NCBI GenBank assembly: GCA_002104945.1
Contig: MCFH01000047.1
Location: 372,001 to 436,000, forward strand
Length of the DNA: 64,000 nucleotides
Direction: 5' to 3'
From: Piromyces finnis finn
Lineage: Eukaryota > Fungi > Neocallimastigomycota
In this document: piece after piece, positions 51,353 through 64,000 of the stretch
Layout of the letters: the number at the start of each line of letters is the position of its first letter
How positions within the stretch are numbered: position 1 is the first letter of the stretch
The notes under the pieces: model-generated
Databases searched by the model: none
Told to the model about the DNA's origin: nothing
What the model saw: the letters and a program-made list of their open reading frames with translations, nothing else
Position numbers and translations under genes: made by a program

Positions 51353-54300
51353 TGTTACTATTACTATTATTATTGTTATCGAAATTCAAATAACCATAAT
51401 CATCACTTAGAACATATTTGCCATTTTCATTAATAGAATATTTTTTTATGCTATACAATAAGGTTTTATAATCAATTTCATTTTCTTTATTTCTACTATA
51501 AATAGTTATTCTACTATATATTCCATTTTTATTTTTATTATAAGGTATCAACGATATAGAGTTCTTTGATTTCTTTCCTTTTGTATATATTTTATTACTT
51601 CTACATTCAAATTCATTTTTTGTATTGTTTATTTCGAATTTAACATTATATTCTGATGGTATTAAGTTGATTTCAATAAATTTTTTATTTTCGTTTTTAT
51701 TTGATATATATTTCATATTCATATTCATATTATTATTTACTTTTTTTACAGTTAATAAATATTTCTTTTCATTTTGTTTTATTAATTCTTTATTTACAGA
51801 CTCATTACTATAGCTATTTACATCGTTTTTAATAATATCATATGTACTATTATTGCTTTCATTATCATTATTTTTATTAATTTCATCATTATCATTATTT
51901 GATTTATTAATAGATAATGCTGAACTTTGATTTATATTATTGCAATTAAGTGAACTTTCTTTAGTATTGTCATTATTGTGATCAATGAACATGAAATCAG
52001 TATTCTTCCAAAAAATATCATAATGCCTTTGATTATTTATATTATCATATAAATTATTTAAAAAATTTTCGTATAACCCATTAGGCTTTGGTTTTTTATT
52101 TTTTTTTTCAATAATATTATCTTTTTTTTTTTTAATTCTTATATTATATAATATTTCATTTTTTTTCGTTTTACTAATAATATTATAATTTTCTAATCTA
52201 CTTAATAAGGAATAAAGTTCTTTTGAATATTTATTTACATTTTTATCTTCTACAATTTTTGATAGTTTATTTTTTTCATCATTTAAAATAGAATTATCGT
52301 TATTTTTTTTCTTTTTCTTTTTTATTTTTTCTCCATTTATTTGATTATTAGCCTTTAATTCATGCTTTGTAATTTTCTTCCTTCTACAACTAAATAAAGT
52401 ACTTGATTTTCTTTCTTTTTTTGAAATAAATTTGTTGAATCCTTCTAATATATTATTTTCATCTTTTATTTCATTATTATTATTATTACTGCTGTTGTTA
52501 ATATTATTACTATTTTTTTTCTCATTTGAATTCCATGCACTTCCTCTATATATACTACCTCTTCTTTTATCATTTTCATTATTAATTTTATTGATTTCAT
52601 TACATAATTTATTAGTATCGAGCATAAATTGAAGCTCAGAATCTTTATTATAATTAATATTACTATCGTTTGATGAATTTAATTTATCTTTGTAAACAAC
52701 CGAAACATTAGTTGGAACAATCTCGTCTTTATTTTTGTCTTCATTTGAACTTTTATTATTAACTAATTTATTATCAATACTAGTTATATTTGTATATGTA
52801 TTATTATTACTAGTTTCATTATTATTTTTAATAACATTACTATTATTAGCTGTGATTTTTTTATCGTTAGTTTTCTCAATGTTTTTTTTAGCATTTCCAT
52901 TCTTAGATTTTCCTTCTTTTAGTTTCTTGTTTTTACTTTCTTTCTCAAAATTATTATAATCAATAATTCTCTTCTGAGTAATAATATCAACAAAGGTTGG
53001 TGTTATAAAGCTTTTAAATTGTTTTTTCAAAATGGTTTTGATTTTTTGAATCGATACTATTATTGGTAAATTGTCATTTTTCATTACAGATGTATTAGGA
53101 ACAGGTAAAATATAACATTTTTCATCGCCTTTCTCATTATCAAGGAAAGAACAATTAGAATTTAAATCATATAAAAATTCATCACTTTCCTCACTTTCAC
53201 TTTCATCATCTGAATCTATTGTTGATTCTTTGTTTCTTGATTTATGTTTTTTACGTTTTACTTTTACAAAATCATCAATATTATTTTTATTGGCTATAGA
53301 ATTAGGAAATTGGGAAATCTTTCCTTTTCTTTTATTTTTATTCTTTTTTTTATCATTCATTTTTTTAAAAGATTTCTTAGTTTTGTTTTCTAGTTTCGTT
53401 GCATTTTTGAGGTGCTTTTTTGTAAATTGGGTTTTGTTTGAAATATTAATAACACTATCTACTTTGGTATTTTGGTTACGTAAAACCTTTTTTAGAAGGT
53501 TATTTTCTGCTTCTGAGTATTCCTCTTTTTCATCTAATTTTTTATATAAAAATATATTAGAATATATAAAAATGTAAAAAAGAAATATTATTACTACTTA
53601 CCATTTGAATCATTACTTATTATATCTTCTATATTTTTATTTTCTAAATTTTCGTACTCATTGTTTTCAACATGATCAATTTCTTCTTTATTTTTATTAT
53701 CATTAGTATCATCATCTTTTTTTTCATCATTATTCATTAATAAATTGTTAGTATTTTTCTCATTTGATTCAACACTATTTTTCGAATTATTACCATTATC
53801 TTCTAATAAATCCTTACTGTTAGATAAACTTTCGTTATCATTATCAATATTACCAAATACTTCTTCAATAAAGTTTTGATTACTTTCTTCTAGATCATCA
53901 TCTGTTTTAATATTATCATTACTTTCCTTTTTTTTAGTATTATTTTTCCTTTTCTTTAAATCTTCTTCCTGAATAAATTTTAAATCTGTATTCATTCCTT
54001 TTCTGTATCCATTGAAGGCAGAACTTTTTGAAAAAAAATCACTTATATTATATAACATTTTCTTTTTTCGAATAATTTTATTATAATCTTTATCGATTAA
54101 ATATTCATCACTTTTATTTATTGTCATTAAATTATCATGCATTTTATTTTTAAGCCTTTTTCTTAGAGCATCAATGTCATCTCTTATATATTAGAATAAT
54201 GGAATAATATATTTAGATAAATATATACTTAAATAATTTTTTCATCATCAATTATATAGGCATTACATTTTTTCAATTATCCACCACTTCAATTTGTCAT

Positions 54301-57300
54301 CAAAGTCAATAGGAATTTCAATTTGATCATCAATAGGATTTAGAGTTAAAAGATATTTCATAGGCTCAAGTTGGATATCTAAATATTTAATTTAAAAAGT
54401 ATTAATTTTTCATATTATTTTATATAATTTATTATTATTTATATTTACAATGCTCTAGTTTTATAATAGATAGCTTATGGCTATATCCAATAACTATATC
54501 TCCTCTTTGATTTAAAAATTCAACAGTATCAATTGGAACATTTAAATATATTTCTCTATTTTATTTTAAATATATAGAAAGTATTAATAATTATAATTAT
54601 AATTCATAATATTTCATGTTAAGTACCTTAGTAGATTATTACAGTAGTCCCAAATCTTTAAACAACCTTCATTATCAACTGTTGCAAAAATACCCAATAT
54701 TTCTAAACAAGAAATATCAGTTATACCTACCGAACTTGAGTCAGAACCAGTTTTATAACTTTTATCTATGTATTATACGAAATTTTTACATGATTAGAAT
54801 TTTATAATAATAAATTAATTTAAAAAACATGATACATGGTATATTTTTGTTTTTTTTACCAGACTCTTTATAAATAATAAGTTTTCCAGTTTCTGTTACA
54901 GCACCAATCATTTCTCCTGTTTCATACAAACAAATATCAACAATAGGTGATGGTAAATCTGAATAGTTAATACAGGATAGTAATTCAATAGTGACACCAT
55001 TACTCATTGAATCATTTAAATTATTTGCATATGCAATTGTCCAAATTTTCAATTTAAAGTCTATATATATAGCATATAGATTAAATTAATAATATTTTAT
55101 ATTAATTAGAATATTAAAACAAAATTTACTTATATTAATCTAACCATCTCCGATAGAATATAATTTATTGTGTGTAGTATTTAGTAATATTTTTGATATT
55201 TTTGCATTGTGTGCCTATAGATTGTGTATTATATATCTTATAAATATACATTAAATCTAATATAGAAATTGATTTTATAGCTACGTTACTTGAATAGTTT
55301 TGTCCAGATATCCATAGCAAGCTGGATCAAATACCATAATTTGACCCGCATCAGAACATCCTAAAATGAAGTATGGTAATACTTCACTATTTTCACAAGA
55401 TTTTGATGGATCATATAATATAATATCCATTATTGATGTATCTATATTTTATTTTTGAATTATATTATAATTAATATTAATTTATTGATCCACATTCTTT
55501 TATTTTTTTTCCTATTCTATTCTATTAATTTTTATTACATGAATTTCCCCATTCTTCAATCAGTCGACATGGATTTGTTATTGTTGATATAACAGCTATA
55601 GTGGCATTACAAAACAGAATATATAATCTATCTATAATGAAAAAAATGTATTAATATATAAATATACTTAAATATGTATATATTTTAAATATATAATGTG
55701 CATACCATAATCTAAAGAATATGCAACTTTTTTAATATTGACATCTTCTAATAATGGTAATGATATTATTATTGATTGACCAGAAACTGGTGAAATAAAT
55801 CTACATGAATTATCTTCTGCTACACATAATAATCTTGCTGGTTTAAAATTAGATTCAATTCTTTCTAAATATGTAATTTTTGATCTTATATATAAATTAT
55901 AATAAGTACTGACTAATCGAAATTAAATAATATCAACTTAAAATTAAAAAAAAAAAAAAATGTAGTTTAATTATGAACCTAATTTTTAGAATGTCATCTT
56001 TATATTTATTATAAAGAATAATATCAATTGTTTTTTTTGTAGAAATATAAAATTGATTATTAGAAATTTTTTGGGCTGTATATATTGGATGTTGGACATT
56101 AAATCTAATAATTATAATACAAAATATTGTTAGTAAATAATAATCGTAGGAATATTATTATATGTAATGGTGTATATTTAAGATAATTATTTTTTCATAC
56201 TTATACTCTCCTGTCCAATTTTCCAAATTCCAAAAATATATTGATCCATCTAAGCTAGTTGATATTAATTCAATATTAAATGATTTTTTATTTTTATCTT
56301 GAAAATCAGAAAGAAGTATAAGTGAGGTTATGGAATTTTTATGCTTGTTAAATTGATACAGTAACTTTGTATCATTCCATATTTTAACTTTATAAAAATT
56401 TTTAATAATGTGTTAATATTTAATATTTTAATATATATATATATATTAATATTAATTAAAAAGTAATAATAATAACTTGTTCCTTCTCTCCCACCGGTAA
56501 TCAAATAATCTTTAGATTCACAATATGTTATTTCAGTAATTGACACAGGATGTATTTCATTATATGTTTTAATTCTTTCATTAGTATCATATGAATAAAC
56601 CTTTATTAATTTAAATAGTATATTATTAATAATTAATAAAAGTATTAATAATTTTTTAACTTTAAATCTCTTACATAAATTGATCTTTCATCTACTGCAT
56701 ATAAATGTCTTGTTTTATTTCTAAAATAAATACGAGATATAAAATGATCACTTTGAAAGTCTTCAATTAATAATTTTGAAGGTTTTATAAAATTCTCCTC
56801 ATTTCTATCTCTATATATAAAAACGAATATATGTGTATAATTTTTGTTAGTATTGTAAATTGCAATAATTAATAATAATTTAATACAATAAACTTCAACC
56901 TGATATTATCAAAGTTTAATTTAAATCCCTTATAATTAATGTTATATGTAATAATTTAAATAGAATTATTATATATAAATATATATAATGTTAAATAGAT
57001 TTATTATTTTAATTATACTTTTATAACTCCAAATCCTCCAATTATGATTTCATCTGATTTTGCAATATATTCTAAACTAATTTTTTTTTGTATATATTAT
57101 TAGAAGTAGTATAGCAAGTGTAATATTTTAATTTTTAAATATATATACCTGATAATTGGCATTTTAAAGTCAACTATTCTTATTAATTCCATATGCATAT
57201 TTAATACCTACAATTTATATAATTAATATAGCAGAAATATAAAGTATAATAATATAAAATAGTATTACCAATAATTTCATATTATCGGTAGATGCTATTA

Positions 57301-57850
57301 TAATTCTTTGTTTTTCAATCCATATTAATTCTTTAATTCTCATATAATTTTTATTAACATCTCTTTTAATTTTTTTATATAAATTTGATCCTTTCCATAT
57401 ATTAATAAATTGAGGATCTATTGATATAAATGAATTTACTCCGTTGTAGATAGGTGTATATAAAACTTTTGAAATTGGTAGGGAATGGCTATAATTAAAT
57501 AAGGATTGACATTGATGTTGAATTGTAAATGGAATTTTTGGAGAAGCTTGATATATAGAAGTTGGTGGAACACAATAGTTTTTTCTTATAAAATCAAACC
57601 ATTCATCCATATCTGATTTTTCTAAAAAATTTATTCTGTTTTTAAGATGATCATCTATTGTTTCATCAAGTGATATTAATTTATACAAAAGTATTTTACT
57701 TAAGACATGCCATGGCTTTATTATATAATTTTGTATATTTGAATTTTTTATTTTTTCTTCTTCTTCCGGTTCCTCCAGTGCTTTTAAATAACCTTTGTTA
57801 ACATGAATACTGTCATTTAAATCAAAAATAGATACTCGTATGTTATCCAT
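49873..57850 (-). CDS. Very large WD40-repeat protein with long low-complexity insert and C-terminal HEAT-like repeats (WDR87/WDR97-like)
   Basis: WD repeats (IIASTDNMKL, LITGGREG, ATSLDGSIYFWNL, KIWTIAY, GAVTETGKL). Large Asn/Lys-rich exons at 53594-54142 and 50688-53580. HEAT-like PYWQ/IRFFVLATLPLY...ILSLLNDENPYI...SRIVLGYFGI near the end. The family call is by overall architecture. Confidence 0.6.
51185..51372 (-). repeat. Coding (AAT)/(AATAGT) microsatellite encoding a poly-Asn/Asn-Ser tract
   Basis: Long attatt/attact run on the + strand inside ORF 50670-53360. Confidence 0.9.
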
Positions 57851-58922
57851 GTTGAATAACTTGTTGATATATATTTTAAATATTATGTATTAAATTGATG
57901 TTTTTTCTTTTTCTTTTCTTTTATTTTAATTTATCTTTAAATAATATTATAAATTTATTTAAGTTTTTATGTGTAAGTATATATTATTAAATGACGAAAA
58001 TAGAAAAATATTTTCGATATATAAACTCTAATGAAATTTAAGTTATAAAAAATAGATTGGTTAATAAATAAAAATAATTTCTAAAATCACCATTATTATA
58101 TTTTTTCCTTTTTTTTAAAATCTAGTTAATCATTATTATTGTAACTATTATTGATTTAAAACTTATAAATCTATGACTACTATAAAATACTATATATTTA
58201 TTGAGTTAAAAACAAAGTACAAGTAAAAGTCAATTTTTTTTATAATAATATAAAATTTTAGTTTCAATATTAAAAGTTTTTTTGTATCCATTTTTTTTCA
58301 TTTATCTTTTATAATAAAATTTATTAATTAAAATAAAATGAATTGATTTAGATTAAATATTAAGGTTAATTATCAATAGATCATGACTTTTTTTTATCTA
58401 TATTATTTATATATTAATAAAAAATAATATTTTCTTTTTATTTAATAAGCAAATATCTCTTTTATAATAAGTCATTTAAAAATATAATAATTGAAATTGT
58501 ACAGAAAAAATATATATCTTTCTTTTTTTTTTTTTTTTTTATTTTTTATTTCTTTTTTGTGTTTTAAATAATTGTTGAATTAATTTTTATTTTAATATAA
58601 TTTTAATTATATATAATCAAGTGTATTGCTTATATATGGAAAATTTCTAGATAATTAATATATTAATTAAATTTCTATATAAATAAATTTAAAATTTATT
58701 AAGTTTGAAAAAATAATTCATTTTTATTAATTATTTTTATAGAAGAAACTTTAATTATATTTTAATAAAGAAAATTTCTTGAAAAAAATAATTTTTTTTT
58801 TGAAAAATAATACTTAATGCAATCAATAAGAAATTTAAAAAAGTGCAATTCAAGTATATTAAATTAGAAAATAAACGTTAATATTAAATAATAATTCATG
58901 ATAAATAATTAAATGAGTCTCA

Positions 58923-61248
58923 ATGTCATCAGATATTCATATAGAAAAAGATAATGAAGATACTAATAAAAAAGTAAATTTATATTCTTCAAATTTCAGT
59001 GGGTCTCAACTTGAATATGGTATACAAGATGGATTTTCTACACCTCCTCCAAAATCTAGAAAAGAGGATAACAAATTAAAAATAGAACCAAAAACACCAA
59101 AAAAGAAATCTGGAAAGTTTTTCTTCCCTTCAATTATAGAAAAGAAAAAAAGTGATCTTTTTGGAATTTACAATAATAATATTGATGATAGTTCATTTCC
59201 TTCTTCTCCAACTTTTAATATCCAAAGTGTAAGACTTAGGAAAAAAGGTACTCATATATAATATATAAAATTATTATAAAAATATATTTTATTATGATTA
59301 ATTAAATATATAATTCTCTATTCTATAAAAGATAAAAAAACAAACAGTATAACTTCATATTTTAATTCAACAAAATCTAGTTTCAACTCAAATTCAAAAT
59401 CAAAATCTAATTTTGACAATAAATTTACTAATTCAAAATTAAAAGTAAATTTAAAACAAAAGAGTTCTCAGGATCAAATAAACAAAAACATTAAACCTCC
59501 ATTATTAGTTAAACCAAATTTATCAGCATTTAATAAAGCTTTAAAACAAACAAAATTAACATTTAGTACTAAACAAGGAAGAGAAAAAAGTAATGATAAT
59601 TCTGTTAATAAAATTGAAGAAAATATTGAAGATGATTTTAGTGATTCAGGTACTTCTAATAGTTTCGATTCATTCTCGAATTCAATAGATGATAGTTCAT
59701 TTTTATTCTTTAATAATACAGATCATAATGTAAAAAACAATAATAGTCAAAATGATATATTTAATAATTTTCATTCAGAATTGGAAAGTTTTGAGGGAAA
59801 TACATATTCAAAATCTAATAATGAAGATAATGAATTTACAATAAAAAATAATAGTCAAGGAAAAAATCTAATGAAAAAGTTCACTGAAGATAAAGAAAAA
59901 AAATTGTTAGATAAAAGGGATATCTTTGATATATTTAATGATAATAGCAATAGTAATTTGGAATTTAGTGATAATTTATCAGATAAATATAAAAATTATG
60001 AAGAGTCTCTTAGTCCAAAATTTAATCTTAATATATTTAATAATAAAAAAATTGTTGAAAATGATGATAGGTCATTTTATGAGGTTTCAGCAAGAAATAT
60101 TTTTGAAGCAGAACTTTTATTAGAAGGAGAAAGTATTAAAGAGAGTTTGCAATTTGATGATAATTTTTATAATTTTTCATTGAATAAAAAAATGTCGAAA
60201 TACACTAAGCAAAACATTAATTCATTTATAGATGATGATAATAATTTGTATAAATATTCAAAAATTAACAATAATATTAGCAATACAAAAAATAATTCAG
60301 TCAAAAAAGAAAAAAGAAAAATCACCCTACCGAATGATATCTGGAAAAATATAATTAATTATTTAAATTTTAAAGAAATACTATCAATGTCATGCACATC
60401 AAAGCAAATGAATAAGATTATACGTGAATTATATATATGGAAGAAAATCGATATATATTCTATTTTTAAGAATAACAATATAAAAAATAAAAATAAATTT
60501 TTAGAAGAATTACTGAAATCAGTATATACATCAAAAATTGAAATATTAATATTTAACATTGATAAAGATATTCCTACACCAAATATGATTTCATTAATTA
60601 TTCAAAATTGTAAAAATTTAAAATCATTAATATTATCAGATACAAGTATTTCATTAAAACATTTCGAAAATAAATTCGAAAAAGGAGAAAGGTATTTTAT
60701 TTTTTTATTTTTTTTTTTTTATTATGTTATATTAGCAATTAATAATAAGATAATCACAATAAAATTATTTAGTATATTTATATTAAATATTTATTTAAAT
60801 ATATAATAAATATATAATTAGGTTAAAATCATTGAAATATTTAAACATTAATAATTGTTATAATATAAATTATTCAACGTTAAAACATTTAGTAAATGGA
60901 TGCCCTAATTTACTGAAACTTGAATGCTGCAATTTAAATTTAAAACCAGGCGAATTTGGTGTTATACAAGAATTACAACACTTGCAGTATCTAAACATAT
61001 CAGGAAATAAATATTTATGTAATTTAGATATCAAAGCGATATATAACAAGGAAAATAATATCAAATATTTAGATATTTCAAATTGCAATAGTTTAACTGA
61101 TAGAGCTATATCCTTTATACTAAAAAATGCACAAAATTTAGAAACCATAAAAATTTATGGATCAAACATGCGAATAACTCAAAATAGCTTTTATTTATTA
61201 ACAAAATTAAAGATACGGAACGTTGAATATCAAAAAAGAAACAAATAA
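58923..61248 (+). CDS. F-box/leucine-rich-repeat protein (FBXL/Skp2-like SCF adaptor) with long disordered N-terminus; 3 exons (58923-59247, 59332-60691, 60822-61248)
   Basis: F-box ITLPNDIWKNIINYLNFKEILSMSCTSKQMNKII...IWKKIDI, then AMN1-type LRRs (CKNLKSLILS, LKYLNINNC, CPNLLKLEC, LQYLNISGN, IKYLDISNCNSLTDRAI). The splice junctions keep the frame. Confidence 0.88.
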
Positions 61249-61522
61249 TAATATCAATATTTAGTATTTAAAATAATTTTTAAATTTTACTATCGTTTTT
61301 CAAAAAAAAATTTTTTTACTATATGTATATATAATTGTAATAATGTAATTATATGTTTATTATCTCAAATTTAAATTAATGTAAATAGTTATATTTTTGT
61401 AGTATAATTTATAAAAATATTTTAGCCAATCAAATTAATTTAAAAATAAATCAATAAAAATATTGAATCCTCATTTTTTAAAAATTATATATAAACAGTT
61501 AAAATTATAATTATTTTAATCT

Positions 61523-61640
61523 TTGTACCTGACGTCCTGTCTATATCCCCGAGTCAATGTTGCTGAGAACTTTATTTTTCTAAAAGTTTTCGGTGCCAAG
61601 GTGGGACAAGAACAAAAATCGTGCGGTAGAGAAATTTAAT
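61523..61640. other. Isolated ~120-bp GC-rich island of unknown nature in the convergent intergenic gap
   Basis: tgtacctgacgtcctgtctatatccccgagtc...ttcggtgccaaggtgggacaag...atcgtgcggtagag contains several CpGs, in flanks that are almost pure A/T. Confidence 0.5.
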
Positions 61641-61891
61641 CTGATTTAGTTTTTTCAATAAATTAAATTATATAACAGATTTCTCACATTATATGAAGCA
61701 CCCATTTTTTATAAAATATTAATTTGAAAATTAAAAATGTAATTTTAAGGATTTATTTTAAAATTAATATGAGAGTTTTATTTTTTAAAAATGTATTAAT
61801 ATTTTTAATTTTATTAATATTTGTTTAAATTATAAATTTTAAATATAATCTTATTATTTTAAAAAAAAATACAATTTATATCTATTTATAT

Positions 61892-64000
61892 CTATTTTTT
61901 TTTTGGTGGTATAACTTCATCAATATATTGACTAAATGCAATTTCAACTTTTTCCTTTTTTGAAATTGTCATTGTACTTGTTATATTTTGTTCTTGTTGC
62001 TCTTTAAAATCAATAGATGGTCTAATTATTGCTGATGCAAATGTTTTAACTTTTAAATATTTTAATTATTAAATAATAATATTTAAATTTTATAAAATAT
62101 ATTTGATTTAAAAGTTTTAAAAGTTAATATATATATATATAGCTTGAAAAATAATAACAAAAAAATAGCATTGAGGGTTTTATTACCTAGTTCACTTTTT
62201 GAGATTAATTCATATGAAATAGTATCTCCTATGTAACATATTATGTAATTTAATGTATTTGCATGACATGAAGGCAATGCAGAATATAACTATATATATA
62301 CAAATAAGGAAATAAAATTATAATGATGATATATATAACAATAATTAAAGATATTAAGTGAATAAAATAGTTATTATATATAATATATTTATATTAATAT
62401 TATGATTCATACTGTTTGGAATTTGGATCCGTATTTTTTAAAAATTTCATAGGGAACTACTGCATTTGGAAATTCATATAAGAATTTCATTAAAATTTCA
62501 GCCATAGAATTTATAGAAGGTAGTTTTCCTTGTCTTTTAACTATTTCAGCTATTTTTTGTTTTACAGCTTTCAATGAATAATTTTTATATATGATTTCGT
62601 TGAGGTTAGTTTTTGACTCAGAAGATTGATAATCATAAAGACTTAATTTTTCCATTTTTGATATACTACTAATAGCTGAATCCATTGAATCCATTGATGT
62701 TAAATTATCTAATGAATTTAAATATGAATCTGATAAACTTGATCTTCCAAAAAGTAATAAGTTATTATCAATATCAATATTGTTATTCAAACAATATTTT
62801 ATATACTTTTTTATTATTATATTTCCATTATTGAATACATATTTCTTTTATGAATAGATAAATATATATATATATATATTTAATATAATAAATTATTTAA
62901 TTATTATTTAAATCATTATTACATTTATTTGCAATTATATATATATATATTTTTTTTTTATATATTACCTCATCTCTACCATATTTTATCAAGAAATCAA
63001 TAACCACATATAAATTCTTAGGAATACATGAGATTTCTTCATTTTCTAACAATTCTTTTGTTTTCTCTGATAATTCCTTTTTATTACTTAATTCTAGTAT
63101 TGAATCCCATGGATAATAAGATAAAGGACGATTTATTTGGCATAAAGTTTCAATAGGAATACCAAACAAACTTGGAACAATTTCACTTTTCACATTTATA
63201 AATATATCATTGCCATTTTTAACTTTTAATATGATTATTTCGTCAATTTTTTTTATTGATATTCCGGTTGTTACAGTTAAAGTAATATTAATTGTTTGAG
63301 ATTCACCTTTTAATAATGTATTTTATTTTAATATTAATATTTATAAATTTTAATGTACACATATATATATAAACTATAAAATAATGGAATTTTTATATTA
63401 TACCCGGATATATAGTATTTGATGATGGTTTTACTGATATCCATGGAAACGATAGCGATGTTTTATTATCATCTAATGATGTTACTAATTCATATGAGGA
63501 TAATACTTTTCCTTCATTTTTGATTATTAATGTTTTTGTAGTTGAAATATTATTTGTTATAGTTCCAAAATCAACCAAAATCGATGATACTTTAATTACA
63601 GGAATACTGTCATTTTCATGATGATCAAGTTGTTTTATTAATTGAGAATATATCTCTGAGTATTTTTCAGTATTAATTTTTCTTACCTATTTATTTATAA
63701 TTAATATATAAAGTATTAGAAACATATATATTATTATATATGTTACAATTTTAATAACAGTAATGTTGTTAAAAAAAAAATTAATTTTTTTATAAAAATA
63801 ATATATACCCAAATTTCAAATTCAGAAATAATTGGTTTATGATCACTAATTGTTAATTCTCCATAAGAATTATAATTTTTGGGAATAATCCATTCATTAT
63901 CCTCAATAGTAATTTTATTTGAAAATGATACTTCAGATGGTTTTAACGCATTTGATGCTTTATACCATTGTACTCTATCACAGAAAGCTGGTGCTCTCTT
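61892..64000 (-). CDS. OCRL: OCRL/INPP5B-type inositol polyphosphate 5-phosphatase, 3' part (end of phosphatase domain, ASH domain, RhoGAP-like domain); 5' end outside the window
   Basis: PAFCDRVQWYK (5-phosphatase P.WCDR.LW motif); VDFGTITNNISTTKTLIIKNEGKV (ASH); SLFGIPIETLC...IPKNLYVVIDFLIKYG, SMAEILMKFLYEFPNAVVP and MPSCHANTLNYI (RhoGAP-like). Ends VIPPKKK* at 61892. Confidence 0.88.

Overview
Extremely AT-rich, intron-containing eukaryotic DNA. A fungal non-catalytic dockerin remnant, a GH6 cellulase relic and several flagellar genes point to an anaerobic gut fungus (Neocallimastigomycota); this is inferred from the sequence, not from a search. Eleven apparently intact genes or gene parts were found by manual splicing: an IDR plus calponin-homology protein, U2B''/SNF-type snRNP protein, an Asn-rich orphan, ILV3, tubulin deglutamylase CCP5/AGBL5, an EF-hand/WD40 protein (WDR49-like), RPA49, a BTB protein, DLEC1, a WD40/HEAT protein (WDR87/97-like), and an F-box/LRR protein. 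A twelfth, OCRL/INPP5B, is cut by the right edge. Non-genic content: a 1.2-kb TATT/TATC microsatellite, a degraded GH6-dockerin pseudogene bracketed by a 14-bp direct repeat with a poly(A)-like end, a 5'-truncated non-LTR retrotransposon 3' end, a hairpin containing telomere repeats, and an unexplained ~120-bp GC-rich island. The most notable items are the putative retrocopied cellulosome gene, the local concentration of flagellar genes, an organelle-type presequence on Ilv3, and a frame-preserving 15-nt microexon carrying a CCP5 catalytic Arg. No rRNA, tRNA or CRISPR array was seen. All family calls are by motif recognition; exon boundaries are manual and some are approximate.
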